Shown here one piece after another: positions 13,027 through 26,100 of a stretch of 64,000 nucleotides of DNA. This DNA is from Raja brachyura (taxonomy: Eukaryota). The stretch is taken from assembly GCA_963514005.1 (NCBI GenBank), contig OY740803.1, positions 29,822,001 to 29,886,000 on the forward strand, in the 5' to 3' direction. How positions within the stretch are numbered: position 1 is the stretch's first letter; each line of letters starts with the position of its first letter. The translations under genes and the position numbers were made by a program. The notes beneath the pieces are model-generated. The model ran no database searches, was not told where the DNA came from, and saw only the letters and a program-made list of their open reading frames with translations.

Positions 13027-14479
13027 TACTTATGTAACATCAGTGACTACATTTCTTGTAAAAATGGTATTTGAATATGTTTAATTTTTTCAGTTTTCGT
13101 TAACACCTTAAGGTTGGCTTCTATTTGAACATCACAGAAACCACAGCTTGTAATTAAGTGTCACGGTTTCTAGTGTTGTGCTAATTCTGGAGCACAAAGA
13201 ACCACAGATGCTGGAATCTTGAGCAAAATACAAAGCTCAGCCACAGACACAAACACAAACACAGAATGCTGCCTGACCTGCTGAATTACTCTAGCACTTT
13301 CTTTGCTCTAATTCTGGAAGCAGTTTGTCAGTGTCTTATCTCATGCTTCCATAGTCTAAAAATCAATGAAACGTGTAATCCTCAAGTGGCTTAATTCCAT
13401 GAATGAGGATACCAAAACAATACTAGATTTAGTCTTTTGTTGCAACCAATCTTGTTACTTCTTTAATATTGCCGTCATCAATTGTGGTTTAATAAATAAA
13501 ATCTTTGAATACACTAACTAATGATAAATAGTATAAATCATTCTTTAAGTTATATGCCTTTCATTTTCCCAGTATTTTTAAATCATTCTGATCCAAATCA
13601 GTTATTTGATCGGTGGAAAATCCAACCGCATTGTAATCACAATAGATATTGCGATTAAATTCTCAAAGTGATTATACAGTTTAACATTCTATTTCATCCG
13701 GATTGTTTAGAAATAAATTCTCCAGTGACATGTGGCCCTGAAAAGATTTAAAAATATTAGGCAGAAATACAGAGAGAGACAATTAGATACTTCACTGAAC
13801 TCTGTGGCTACCTTGAACTAAGATAATAGCAATGCCATTTGTACAAAGTAATTAAACATGATTGAATTTTGAAGGTACTAATATTTGAGCTTCCAGCGTT
13901 TCACTGAATTACCTATTGGAGTTGCGAAGAAATATTGCAACATTTTCTCCCAAGAGATTTAATATATTGAATAAAGGCATTTGTACAAAGCATCCTCTGC
14001 ATATCCACCCTATCTAGGCCTTTCATTATTCTGTAAGGCAGATGTACATAATAGATTTTTTTTCTTAATTGTTTTACACTAATGTCCTGTTTTTTAGCAC
14101 ACTTTCTTATTTTATACTGTCTTTCTGAATTTCTGTGCAATTTATGTTTATTTTTTTGTTGTGTGTTTGAGTCTTTGTGCCTGTGATGCTGTTGCAAGCA
14201 AGATTCTTCATTGTACCTGTATCTCATTGTATCTTATTGTACATGTGCATATGACAGACATAAAGTCGACTTGAAGTTTCTTGATCCATGAGCCTCAAGA
14301 TTTACAAACAATCGTGATCAGATATAGAGGCCGTACATCTCTTCACATACATTAATAAGAGCCTGTGCTCGTCTTGTCGAAGAAACGGGATGATGAAATA
14401 TATTCTTAACTGAAGAGCAACCATCACTGAGTTGTATGAAAGTAGCATTGGAAGCGTTGTTTTTCCCTGATTCTGCCAT

Positions 14480-15546
14480 TTCTAAATGAGGAGAGGATTC
14501 AGAAATTGGAGGTGTTAAGGGACTTAGAAGTACTGATGCAGAATTCCCAAGAGGTTAATTTGCAGTTTGAGTTGGTAGTAAAAGCCCTGTCCCACGGTAC
14601 GAGTCCATTCCAAGAGCTCTCCCGAGTTTAAAAAAATTAAACTCGTGGTAAGCACGGAGAATAAACGTAGCGGGTATGTCGGAGCTCGGGGACGTCACTT
14701 AGCGGCTCGTAACACTAATGGCAGGTACTTGGGAAGACTCACTAACGGCAGGTAAGCACGAGAAGACTCGTGAAGTTTTTTCAACATGTTGAAAAAGGTC
14801 CACGAGAGCCCCGAGTACCGACGAGTGGCCATTACCGTAAATCTCCGAGTTCGAATCAGGGCAAACTCAGGTGAGCTCTTGGAATGAACTTGTACCGTGG
14901 AATAGGGCTTTAAGGAGGACAAATGTAAGTGTAGCATTCATTTCGAGAGGACGAGAATATAAAAGCAAGGATATAATACAGAGGCTTTCTAAGGTGCTGG
15001 TCAGACCTCATTTGAAAATTTGTGAGCAGTTTTGGGCGCCATATCTGCTGGCATTGGAAAGGATCCAGAGGAGGTTTATGAGAATGATCCCAGGGATGAT
15101 TAGGTTGGTGTTTGAGGAGCATTTGATCGCTCTGGGTCTGTACTTGCTAGAGTTTAGAAGGATGGGGGGGGGGGGGTCTCATTGAAACCTACAGAATAAT
15201 GAAAGGTCTAGATAGGGTGGATGTGGAGAAGATGTTTCCAGAAGTGGGAGAGTGTAGGACCAGAGGGCACAGAATAAAATTACATACCGTTAGAATGTAG
15301 AAGAGGAAGAGGAAGCAGAGGGCGGTGAATCTGTGGAATTCATTACCACAGATGGCAGTGGAGGTCCAGTCATTGGGTATTTTTAAAGTGGAACATGATA
15401 GGTTCCTAATAGGAATGGTGCCAAAGGTTATGGAGAGAAGGAAGGAGAATGGGGTTGAGATGGAAAAAAGATCAGCCATGATCAAATGGCAGAGCAGACT
15501 CAATGGGCTGAAATGGCCAAACTCTGCACCTATGTCTATGATCTTA
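14480..15546 (+). mobile_element. CR1/HER1 LINE 3' fragment, interrupted by a MITE
   Basis: VRPHLKICEQFWAPYL...ERIQRRFMRMIPG and [12 protein letters not shown], followed by 3' UTR. Confidence 0.88.
14582..14910. mobile_element. MITE, PIF/Harbinger-like (TAA target duplication)
   Basis: ~48-bp imperfect TIRs aagccctgtcccacggtacgag... / ...cttgtaccgtggaatagggctt; TAA on both sides; removing it restores the CR1 sequence. Confidence 0.85.
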
Positions 15547-17341
15547 TGATTTCTTTAATTTTAGTAGAACATCGCAAAGTGAATGGATATTTCTATCCAC
15601 CTGAATAAATGAGTATAATGGCTGAGTGTGTTTGGAAATTTCCAGACATGGTGTCCCTGTCTGTAATTGAAAAAATAATAATTGGAGACAAACAGACTGC
15701 AAATGCTGGAATACGGAGCTAAAAACAAAATATGGAGGATCGCAATGGATGAGGTTGCATGTATGGAGGAAAATTAACAATTGACGTTTCAGATCGAGAT
15801 TCTTCCTGCGGACTGTAAGTTTCCTCCACAGATGCTGCTGGACCCACTAAGTTCTTCCAGCAGCTTGCTTCTTGGAACAATTCCATTATTAATTTACAAG
15901 ATTATTGAAAGCAAAAAATAAGATAACTAGGTTCTTAGAGCAGACAACGGGAAGTGTCTAGAGGTTGGAATGTGCTCCATTGTATAACCACAGAATTAAT
16001 CTCTTCAATGTCAGTGTGGCATCCTTGGAATATTTTAGACCTGAAAATCTAAACCTGTCAAGTCAGCATTGCAAACTGTTGATTAGACAGCCTGACTCAT
16101 AATTGGACCCAGAAAAGATAGATCCGCAACTCCTATAGAGAGTGGCCCTAGCAGGATGTCCTTGCGCAAGGCCATTTATTTTAACTGAGAAAATTCCACC
16201 TTTAATGCCATGTGCATTTACAGGCTCCACCTCCATTTGGCCATAAAGATAGATTGACAGAATACAGTTTTATGGGAAGAGAGTGCATCTACATTTTAGT
16301 CAAATAGAAATTTGGAGAACAACAAAATATTAGAAATAGGAGTGACCCATTAAAAAATATACTGTCAACTTAGTAATCTCACATCGTTTTTCGTTTTTGT
16401 ATTTACCTTGGAATCAGAGTTAGAATATTTGATAGCCTTGGGTACTCTTTATTGTTGGACACTCCTCCTTTTAGTGGGCATCGATCAAAGGAAGCAAACG
16501 TTTTAGTTACTTTAATTTCTTTAACATGTCTACAACTTAATGCATCTCATTCAACCCCAAAATGTTGCTTGACAAGATTTCTTGAATCCGTAATGGTTGC
16601 TGCGGAAATGAGCAACCTGTGATGCAGCTAGCAGCTTGGCTTTTTGTCGCGACTCATTTATGTTTGGCAGTTAAGTGGCCTTTAAAATAAAATTAAGGCA
16701 GCCAGAACTTACCCATGCTAGGCCCTGAGGCGATTACTGTGACACATTGTCACGAGAATCTAACAGTTGACAAATTGTACCAGAGAGGGATATATTTCCA
16801 ACGTACTGATGCAGAGCAAGTTTATACTTTTTTTTTCCTACTGCTCCTTCTGGACAAGAAAAGATTAATTATCAAAACAGTACTGACTGTCAACTGATGG
16901 AGCCTTTGAACAACAAAATGCTTCACCGCTTAATGAACTGGTTAACAAAAAAAGAATTAATTAAATTGAAATTTCAATGACCTGCAATTTGAAGGGACTG
17001 TTGGAAAAAAAAAAGTTTTTTGGGGTTGGTTAACTTACAATGATAGTGTCTCCTGTTGACTTATTTGGCTTGATGTTAACAAAGAAAATGTGAGGTGTAA
17101 TCAGGGTTGCAGTGAGGATAAGCTATAAATGAGGACATCCAATTGATGCATTAATGGTAGTTTTCGAGAAAGTGTGAACAAAAGAATATAAAAGCTATGA
17201 AACAAGTGTAGGAAGTGAGTGAGCACAAAAAAAGGAATGTAAAAGTTACAGAATACGTAGCTGTTTGACTGTGTTAATGAAAAGAGAAAAACTGAGAGAA
17301 CATCACAGCTGAACTGGCCAGGCCAAGCAAGTTACTTAAGT

Positions 17342-17342
<1 letters not shown>

Positions 17343-17375
<33 letters not shown>

Positions 17376-19397
17376 GATGCATTTTATTTATGGCTGCCTT
17401 TCAGAACACTCAAAGACACCTTACAGTTAAAACAAGCAAATTACAAATATATAAATAAAATGAAACAAAAATAACATATGCCTGAATTTGACAGAAAGTG
17501 GAGTTACGTGGGATAGGCCAGTCTGAATAGGTGAGTTCTGAGGGAGGTTTTAAAGATGGGGAGAGACTCTATGGTATGGATGGATAGTGGGAGAGAGTTC
17601 CAGACGAGAGGGGCAGAACGGCTGAAGGCTCTGAACCCCATCGTGGACAGGCGGGCAGGTGGAGTGGAGAGCAGGGAGGAAGAAGAGAATCGGAGAGTTC
17701 GGGATGGAGTGTAAGGCTGGAGGAGATCAGAGAGGTATGGAGGAGCAAGATTGTGGAGGGCTTTGAAAGTGAGGAGGAGAATCTTAAAATCAATGCGGTA
17801 TTGGACAGGGAGCCTGTGCAGCTGTTTGAGAATGGGAGTGATGTGTTCGGTGGATGGGGTTCTGGTGATAATGCGGGCAGCTGAGTTCTGGACCAATTGG
17901 AGTTTATGGATGGACCTGTGGGGTAAACCAGAGAGGAGAGAGTTACAATAATCAATACGGGAGTTGACGAGAGCGTGGATGAGAGTAGCAGTGCTGTTAG
18001 GTGCGAGTGATGGACGAAGATGGTTGATAGTGCGTAGGTGGAAGTAAGCTGGAAGTAATTGTGAGATTATTGATGTGTTTTTCAAAAAGAAATGTGTGCT
18101 GTCAAGGATGACACACAGACTCTTGACCTGAGGGGAAGGAGGGACTATGGAATTGTCAATGATGAGTGAGAAATTAGGACATTTAGATAGGGTGGATTTG
18201 GAGCCAACAAGGAGAATTTCAGTTTTGTCACTGTTGAGTTTGTGAGCAAACAAGGTTTTAATTTCCACCAAGCAGTCAGACAAGGAAGAGGGAGGAAGCA
18301 TGGAAGTGAGTTTGGTGGACAGGTAGAGCTGGGTGTCATCCACATAGCAGTGAAATTGAATGTTGTATTTCCTGAAAATAAAACCAAGGGGAAGTAAATA
18401 AATTATAAAAAGGAGGGGCCCTAGGACTGAGCCCTGGGGAACACCACTGGTGACTGGGGAGGGTTGTGATTGGACATTTTTAAGTTGTACAAACTGAGAG
18501 CGGCTGGAGAGGTATGATGTGAACCAGGTGAGTAATGTGTTGATGATACCAATGGAGGCTAGACAGTCGAGGAGGATGGTGTCGAAGGCAACAGTCAAAT
18601 CAAGGAGGATGAGTATGGTGAGAGAACCGGAGTCGGCAGCCATCAGCAGGCCGTTGGTGACCTTGACTAATGCTGTTTCTGTGCTATGGGGTGGGCGCAA
18701 ACCAGATTGAAATTGTTCATAGAGGTTACTGCTGATGAGATGATTGTGAACCTGTGCAGCAACTGGTTTTTTTCTAGTATTCTAGAGATAAATGGCAAAT
18801 GGAGATTGGTCGGAAATTATTTAGATTGTTGGGATTTGCACCGGGTTTCTTAAGTACTGGAGTTATTGCAGCGGCTTTGAGAGAGGAAGGAACACGAGCA
18901 GAAATAAGGGAGGAGTGGATGATGTCAGTTATGAAAGAGGAGAGGGCAGGTAGACAGGTTTTGACTAAGTTGGTGGGGAGGGGGTCAAGCTGGCAGGTGG
19001 ATGATTTCGATTTTCGGATGAAATCAGATATTTCAGTAACAGTTGGGAGTTGAAAACTAGATAATAAAGAAAAGGGGGGGACAGAAGAAGGTGAATGGAG
19101 TGCACTATTATCCGTATTAGATAAAGAGGGGAGCTGTTTGTGAATGTTTTCAATTTTGGTTTTGAAAAAGGACATAAAACGATTATATTGAGAAGTTGAG
19201 TACAATTGGGGTGGAAGCATATAAGGTGGTCGTGAGATCATGTTAATTGTGGAAAACAGGGCTCGAGTGTTCCCTTCGCCAGATGAAATTAAATTAGCTT
19301 AGTATATGGATTTAGCTGTGGAGAGGGCATCCTTATAGTGCAGTATGTGGTTGTCATACATGTCCTTGTGAACAGCAAGTCCGATCTTTTTGTACAA
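17343..19397 (-). mobile_element. 5'-truncated L2-clade LINE with largely intact RT domain and (TTA)n tail
   Basis: ORF 17504-18700: [67 protein letters not shown]; upstream frameshifted ORF 18774-19241. Confidence 0.93.
17504..18700 (-). pseudogene. LINE reverse transcriptase remnant (398-aa open stretch)
   Basis: RT motifs present; frameshift near 18780 and no endonuclease or ORF1 region. Confidence 0.88.
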
Positions 19398-19780
19398 TTC
19401 AATATTGAATCCTAAGCCTGCAACATGCCTAGAAGAAGATGAAGTATCATTCCTCAAGCTTTCATTACAGTCACCAATCTGTGTTTGGTTTCACCAATGG
19501 AGAATAAAGCATATTGTGGATGCCTAATGCAATTTACTACACTTGGAGTAAGGCAAGTGCATTGCTGCCTCACCTGGAATGACTGTTTCCGTAGAGGGAA
19601 AAGAAGGGGTAAAAGAAAAGGTTTACATGGTGTCATTGATTTGCAGAATATCTGTGTCCAATGATGTCACTGTAATTCTCCACCCACTCTGATGAATGTG
19701 CCTGTGGCCTCTTGCTTTGATATAACAAAGCCCTAAGTAAGCTTGAGGAACAACACCTCATCTTCTTCTTGGCAATTTGC
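19398..19780 (-). mobile_element. Penelope GIY-YIG fragment with a short inverted segment
   Basis: FQVRQQCTCLTPSVVNCIRHPQYALFSIGETKHRL; ttcctcaagctt near 19451 is mirrored by aagcttgaggaa near 19739. Confidence 0.72.
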
Positions 19781-20871
19781 TAAGGGAGGCACATTGATGG
19801 TGTTGATGGAAAGAAGGTAGACCAAAGTGATCAACAAGCTATGGCTGATTTTTTGTACCAGCCTTGATGCCATCAAATATGAATCCAAGTCTTGGCACTT
19901 ACAAAGCAATCATGCTCTGGGTTAATGATAAATATTGGCTATAAGTAATGCCATGTGATCTTTTTCATCTGCCTGGAATGTAGTCAGGGCTAATCATGAT
20001 TCTATTATTCAAACTACACCCAGAATGAAGATACTCAGATTAGGACTTCTTTGGTTATCTAATGTGAAAGTTTACTTGCTGGTCAATCTGCAATATAATT
20101 TCAAACTCAGTCGTGGCTGCAGAATCACAGAACATAAATTTAAGAACATCTTTAAAAATATATTTTAAATTACTTTGTTTCTCTAATATTTGAAGTAGTC
20201 AACTAGGCGAGAGAGCAAAGGCCATTAACGATACTCAAACTGCCAATCAATATTTGTCCAGATAGTCTAGGGTAACAAAAGGATAATGTTTGATGGACGA
20301 ATGAGCAAACTTTATATTTGCTTTGCTCAAAGCATCACATATATATCTTGTGGGATGAAAAAAGGTTGGAATTGTCTGTGCCTCCTCAACCGAGCAATAT
20401 CCAACAATATTAATTTAGTCTGCCACGCAAATCATTCCAACCACAGCCACCACACGGCATTGACTGCTCATGCACAGCCTCACAACATGACCATACTTGC
20501 ATTTAATTGTCACCATCTACCATCTTATTGCCCTAATTTTATGAAAGATTATTATAGTTTATTCTTTAATTAGCAACGTGTTGAATCCATCTTAAGGAAT
20601 TATTGGTCTGTAAGTAATTAGTAGTGCTGTGACTTATCACTTCACAATCTTCCCAAATATAGCTCAACCACCTGAACCTTTATTTTTAATTTAAGCTTTT
20701 TTTTAGGATTATTTGGCGTGCAGTCTGATACAGAACAAACTTAATGAGCACAATGTTTATCAAAGAGTTTTTTGAGATATGTATTTGGTTTATATTTTGA
20801 GACATGCTTTTCAAACTGCCAGCTAATTTGGCTGGGAAGTTGGAACACATTACAAGAGCTTTGCGTTTTTC

Positions 20872-21165
20872 TTTTAATGAATCAAATTTTTTACAACATA
20901 AGCATGGACTTTAGTCAAACACAGTATTTATACATTGGAAAATTAAATTTAGTTTTGTACCTAGTTCTTAGCTATACTGTAATTATTGACAAAACTATGC
21001 CTGTAATGCATACATTTCACTGTTATTTTTAATGAATCAAAATCTTTACAACATAAGCATTAGTTAAACACAGTATTTATACATCGGGAAACTATGTTTA
21101 ATTTTGTACCTACTCAGCTATACCAGTACTGACAAAACTATGCCTACAATGCAATCATTTCACTG
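20872..21165 (+). repeat. Diverged tandem duplication, ~155-bp period, 2 copies
   Basis: aatgaatcaaa..ttacaacataagcat..aaacacagtatttatacat..ttttgtaccta..gacaaaactatgcct occurs twice. Confidence 0.9.
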
Positions 21166-22302
21166 CTCTTCTGTTTCCTTTATCTAAAACATTTTCAAGG
21201 TAGATATGAAGGTTAGTTTTGAAAGTTAACCGTATTTGACATGCTCGTTTGAATCCTAATGGCTGTGCTTCACAAAACTTCTTATTGATGGAGCAATGTA
21301 ATACTTTGAGTTCTGGAGATACAGAGGATGAGGGGTGACATTTATCACCAAAAACAATGCTAATTGGGCTCATAGCGAGTTAGTGGTCCTGTTTTATACT
21401 GTGCTTAGTTTTCTTTTAAAGGCAGTGGATAAGGTTGGGCTGGTGTAAAGCGGGCTGCCAAATGATGGCAGTAAGCAAATTCTGGACTATGGTTCTAATT
21501 CAGTCTCACGCTTGCTGAAATCCACATATACATTTCATTAAGAAATATTTTGGAGTAAAGGAAAGATTAATGTTTTAATGGGTGCATCTACTATGCAATC
21601 AGTATTCCAGCCAACAGGAATTCAGCTTCCAACTATTCCAGCTGTATTTTAGCTGAGACTGAAATAAGAATATTAAATTGGCTCCTCATGAGGGAAATCA
21701 TCCCTGATCTCCAGTGCAATGTGTGTGTAGTCACGGAAAATGAAGTAGAATTCACAGACTATTTTAACCGAGGTAACGTGAAGTCCAAGAAACTAGTTAA
21801 CTGGCTCTTCTCCTCTATGTTGAAGAAGACAGGAATATCTCTTTCAAAAGAGTAAGTTAACTAACAAAAAAACGTAATCGCCATAATACTTGTAGAAGCC
21901 CATGTGTTTTCTGATTTCCAACTCAGACATTCATCGGTCTTTTGTGTGTACTGTAAATGACATAATGGGAAAATAATATGTTAAAAAGTCCATTGACTGT
22001 GGTCAAATGGTTCAATGGATTGTTAGTGGGATTATAGTTTAAAATCCAGCCAGACTAAAAGGTTAAAAACACCGTTCCTTTGCTGGCTGCAAAGGTCTTA
22101 AATGCATTGTTTCCTCTAGTCAATGTTAATTGAGTTCTCAATGGGGCATTATTGACCTCTAATGGATCGAGGACTTCAGTAAGGTAAGTGAATGTTTTAT
22201 CTATCAGTGTAGAAAAGTTCACACTAATGCATTCAATGGCATTCTTCTGAATTTTGTGTTAAAGCATATTTTAAAGTAGGTTAAGAAATACTTTATAATG
22301 CA

Positions 22303-22790
22303 TAGAAACATAGAAACATAGACAATTGGTGCAGGAGTAGGCCCTTTCGGCCCTTCGAGCCAGCACCCCCATTCAATATGATCATGGCTGATCATCCAAA
22401 ATCAGTAGACAAAAATGCTGGAGAAACAGTGGGTTCGGCAGCGTCTATGGAGTGAAGGAAATAGGCAACATTTCAGGCCAAAATCCTTCTTCAGACTGAT
22501 GTAGGGTGGGGGTGTGGGGGGAAGGAAGAAGAAAGGAAGAGGAGGAGCCAGAGGGCTGAGGGAGAGCTGAGAAGGGGAGGAGACAGTAAGGGCTACCTGA
22601 AAATTATTTACCTTCGCTCCATAGATGCTGCCGCACCCGCTGAGTTGCTCCAGCATTTTTGTCTACCTTCAATTTTCCAGCATCTGCAGTTCCTTCTCAA
22701 ACATCCAAAATCAGTACCCTGTTCCAAATTTTTCTCCATATCTCTTTATTCCCTTAGCCCACAAGAACTGAATCTAACTCTCTCTTGAAA
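22303..22790 (-). mobile_element. CR1/HER1 3' end carrying a nested Penelope-derived insertion
   Basis: (AAACATAG)n tail then ggtgcaggagtaggcc...atcatggctgatcatccaaaatcagta; resumes at 22702. Confidence 0.88.
22408..22701. mobile_element. Short Penelope-terminus element with inverted arms and target-site duplication
   Basis: gacaaaaatgctggag...ctatggagtgaagg versus ccttcgctccatag...ctccagcatttttgtc; catccaaaatcagta at 22393-22407 and 22702-22716. Confidence 0.82.
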
Positions 22791-22983
22791 ACTAATCTAT
22801 CTGCATCTATCCACGACACCCAGGACTGGGAGATAGCAAAGAAAAAAATTATTATAGCTCACAATACTGACATCCTTTGGATTGATATGCCTAAAGATTA
22901 TATTCCGAAAAAAAATAAGTGAATTGTTGCCCTGAAATCTGGACGATGCTCATTCTAATGCCTTTTTCATTTATTCCCTCCAG

Positions 22984-23135
22984 CCAGAGGAACTGACTAA
23001 CGCACTGGAGATCAGCAACATTGTCTTCACCAGCCTGTTCGCATTGGAAATGCTCTTAAAGATCTTGGTGTATGGGCCTTTTGGCTACATCAAGAATCCT
23101 TACAACATCTTTGATGGTATCATTGTAGTTATCAG
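22984..23135 (+). CDS. CACNA1G: CACNA1G exon (~exon 10), 152 nt, IIS2-S3
   Basis: ccctccag|CCA...ATCAG|gtaaat; [50 protein letters not shown](S). Not in the ORF track. Confidence 0.96.
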
Positions 23136-26100
23136 GTAAATTGTCACAAGTAAATGTAGATTCATTTCTCACAACCTCAAACTTAACTTCTGTCAATGTG
23201 GATTGTAAATTCCAAAATACTACCTTTAGAGACCTTTAAAGATACACAAACTAGGAAACACAAAACAGACATTATTCACCTGTAAATTCACCATCACTCA
23301 TTCAATACTTTTGATCGTAGAAATGTATGGCACAGAAGGAGGCACAGCCAAAAATAAATCTAAGATCAATCCCATTTTTCAGATACTGGTGCATAGAAAT
23401 GCAGCTCACAGTTCCTCAAATGATGGTCCACATACATGAAATGTGGTGAGGGTCTCTGCTTGCACTACATTTTCAGGCAGTGAAGTCCAGATCCCCAATA
23501 CTTGTTCAGTGAAATCATATTACTACAATCCTCCACCATGAACTCAAATCTATGTCCCTATATTTGCGGACATCTCTGCAAAGTTTTGTTTTAACTCTGA
23601 ACAAACTTCTCATAATTAGTATATTTCTTCTTTGTCTCTTTTGGTCCATTAAAAATTATTTCATCCTGGACAGTTCCCATAACTGTAATTCGCCAGCCTT
23701 GGAAATATCATCGTAAATCTCCTCTATGATGCCATCACATGTCATTTTATTTGGTCCATCCCATTTTCCCTTTTTTTAAATCAATGATGCAATGTCTGCA
23801 ATTTTCCCGACTCCAGCTCCACAAATTGCAAATAGTAGTCAGAATCTGTGTTTTCCCTTCTCGAAGAGACCAGGATACATTTTCTCCAGGCCTGATGATA
23901 TATGCACTTTTAAAGATGTTAAACCCTTTAAATTGCCTTCTCCCTCTAATTTATTATTTCCAATATTCCTTCTTATTCAACATCTCCCTTTACATGGGAG
24001 GAGTCAATATCTATTTTCTTCTCCCCAATTTTAGTGCTCTCAATGACTTCCATTACTTTTCCCCATCTCACACTCTCTCTTCAAACCATTAATTTACAAG
24101 TTCTCATACTAATGTTATGTTATTCATTTTATTTTTGGCCTACCTTGCCCTGCGCTCCAGCGTGTGGGAGATTGTGGGCCAGCAGGGCGGTGGCCTGTCA
24201 GTGTTGCGTACCTTCCGGCTGATGAGGGTGCTGAAGTTGGTGAGGTTTATGCCAGCCCTGCAACGCCAGCTGGTGGTCTTGATGAAAACAATGGACAATG
24301 TTGCCACCTTCTGTATGCTGCTGATGCTATTCATCTTTATCTTCAGGTGAGTGAAGGGCAGAGTCCCTTTCTTCAAACATTACCTCAGGTGGGCCATGTT
24401 CATGCACACGCTAAAGCATTTCTTGACAGTGTAGAACACTGAGGAAGGTCAGGGAGCAATATCCATAACTAATAGACACTGTGTGCTGTCCCTTCTGTCT
24501 GAAGCAGAACGTTGGGTGCTTTCCTTTGGTGTAAGTTTCTGTCCCTGATCTTCTCTGGAGCGCATTTCTCTTATTTCTGTACTTTGGATATTTTAACACG
24601 TCATTTAACATTACTGATGGCAATGAGTTTTGAAGCAACAACCTTCCAACAACTTCTGTGATTGAACCAGGATAGAGGGATAGTGATTAGGGACAAATTT
24701 ATGATTAACTATATGTCTTTTCTGTGAGATTTTGGGATTTGGCAAGGCAGTGGATTGAGATGACATTTCACTAATGGCAATACATACCACAGATTTGGTT
24801 ATATATTGGTAAGATGTACATGGTTACATTATATTCTGCTTTCTTTTACAGTATTCTGGGAATGCATCTTTTTGGCTGCAAGTTTGCATCAGAAAAGGAA
24901 GGAGACACTCTTCCTGACAGAAAGAACTTTGACTCACTTCTCTGGGCTATTGTAACTGTCTTCCAGGTATGGAAAATGTTGCTCAACTTTTAAAAGTTCT
25001 AGCAATTACATTTGTACAATTTTGGCCAGTGTAAATTTGGAAGAATGTTAAGTTCTTGGAATGGGTGCAGAGGTGATTTGCTAGAATGCTCCCTGTAATA
25101 ATGGACACCAGTTGTATGGAGAGAGCGGGGAAACTGGGATTGTTTACCCTGCTCCAACAACATTTCAGGATTGATTAGAAACATAGAAACATAGAAATTA
25201 GGTGCAGAAGTAGGCCATTCGGCCCTTCGAGCCTGCACCGCCACTCAATATGATCATGGCTGATCATTCAACTCAATATCCCGTACCTGCCTTCTCTCCA
25301 TACCCTCTGACCCCCTTAGCCACAAGGGCCACATCTAACTCCCTCTTAAATATAGCCAATGAACTGGCCTCAACTACCCTCTGTGGCAGAGTTCCAAAGA
25401 CATATTTATAGCTTGGTTAGAGAGTCTACCAATGTTAGGAGGAAGAGCCCAGGAGAGAGCTGAGTAAAGGGCCTGTCCCACTTTCACGACCTAATTCATG
25501 ACCTCTGCCGAGTTTGCCCTTGACTCATACCCTCAGCAAGGTCATCACGAGGTCGTAGGAGGTCATTGGTAGGTCGTAGCAGGGCTTGATGCTAGTCGTA
25601 GGTACTCGCGGCATCAAGTAGGTCGGGCCGTTTTTCTAGCCTGATGAAAAATGCCCACGAGTTAAAAAGGTCATGAATAAGGTCGTGAAAGTGGGACAGG
25701 CCCTTAAGTAAATTTATTTGAGGGGATCTACCTGAGCTGGCTTCCCAGTGCTGTCCTGAAACCTGCTTACGGAGGGCTCATTGATGCCAAGTAGAATGGA
25801 CTTCACTGTTGGTGTGAACATCTGCTTCACCTTGAGGGTTACCTGCACTCAAGGGTACAAAATTGCAGAAATGGCATATCATTGAATGTTGCTGCACAAC
25901 TTTGGAAACCTCACCATTAGCCCAACAGACCATAGAGGATCCAGAATGAACGTTGTGTTCTTCACAGTCCAACTATGTAACACATTTTTATTTGGAAGAT
26001 TGTATTTTGGACTGGAGGCTTGTGAATAGTGGTGTGTCTCAGGGTTCGGTGCTGGCCCCATTGCTGTTTGTCATCAATAACAATGATTTAGATGAGAATG

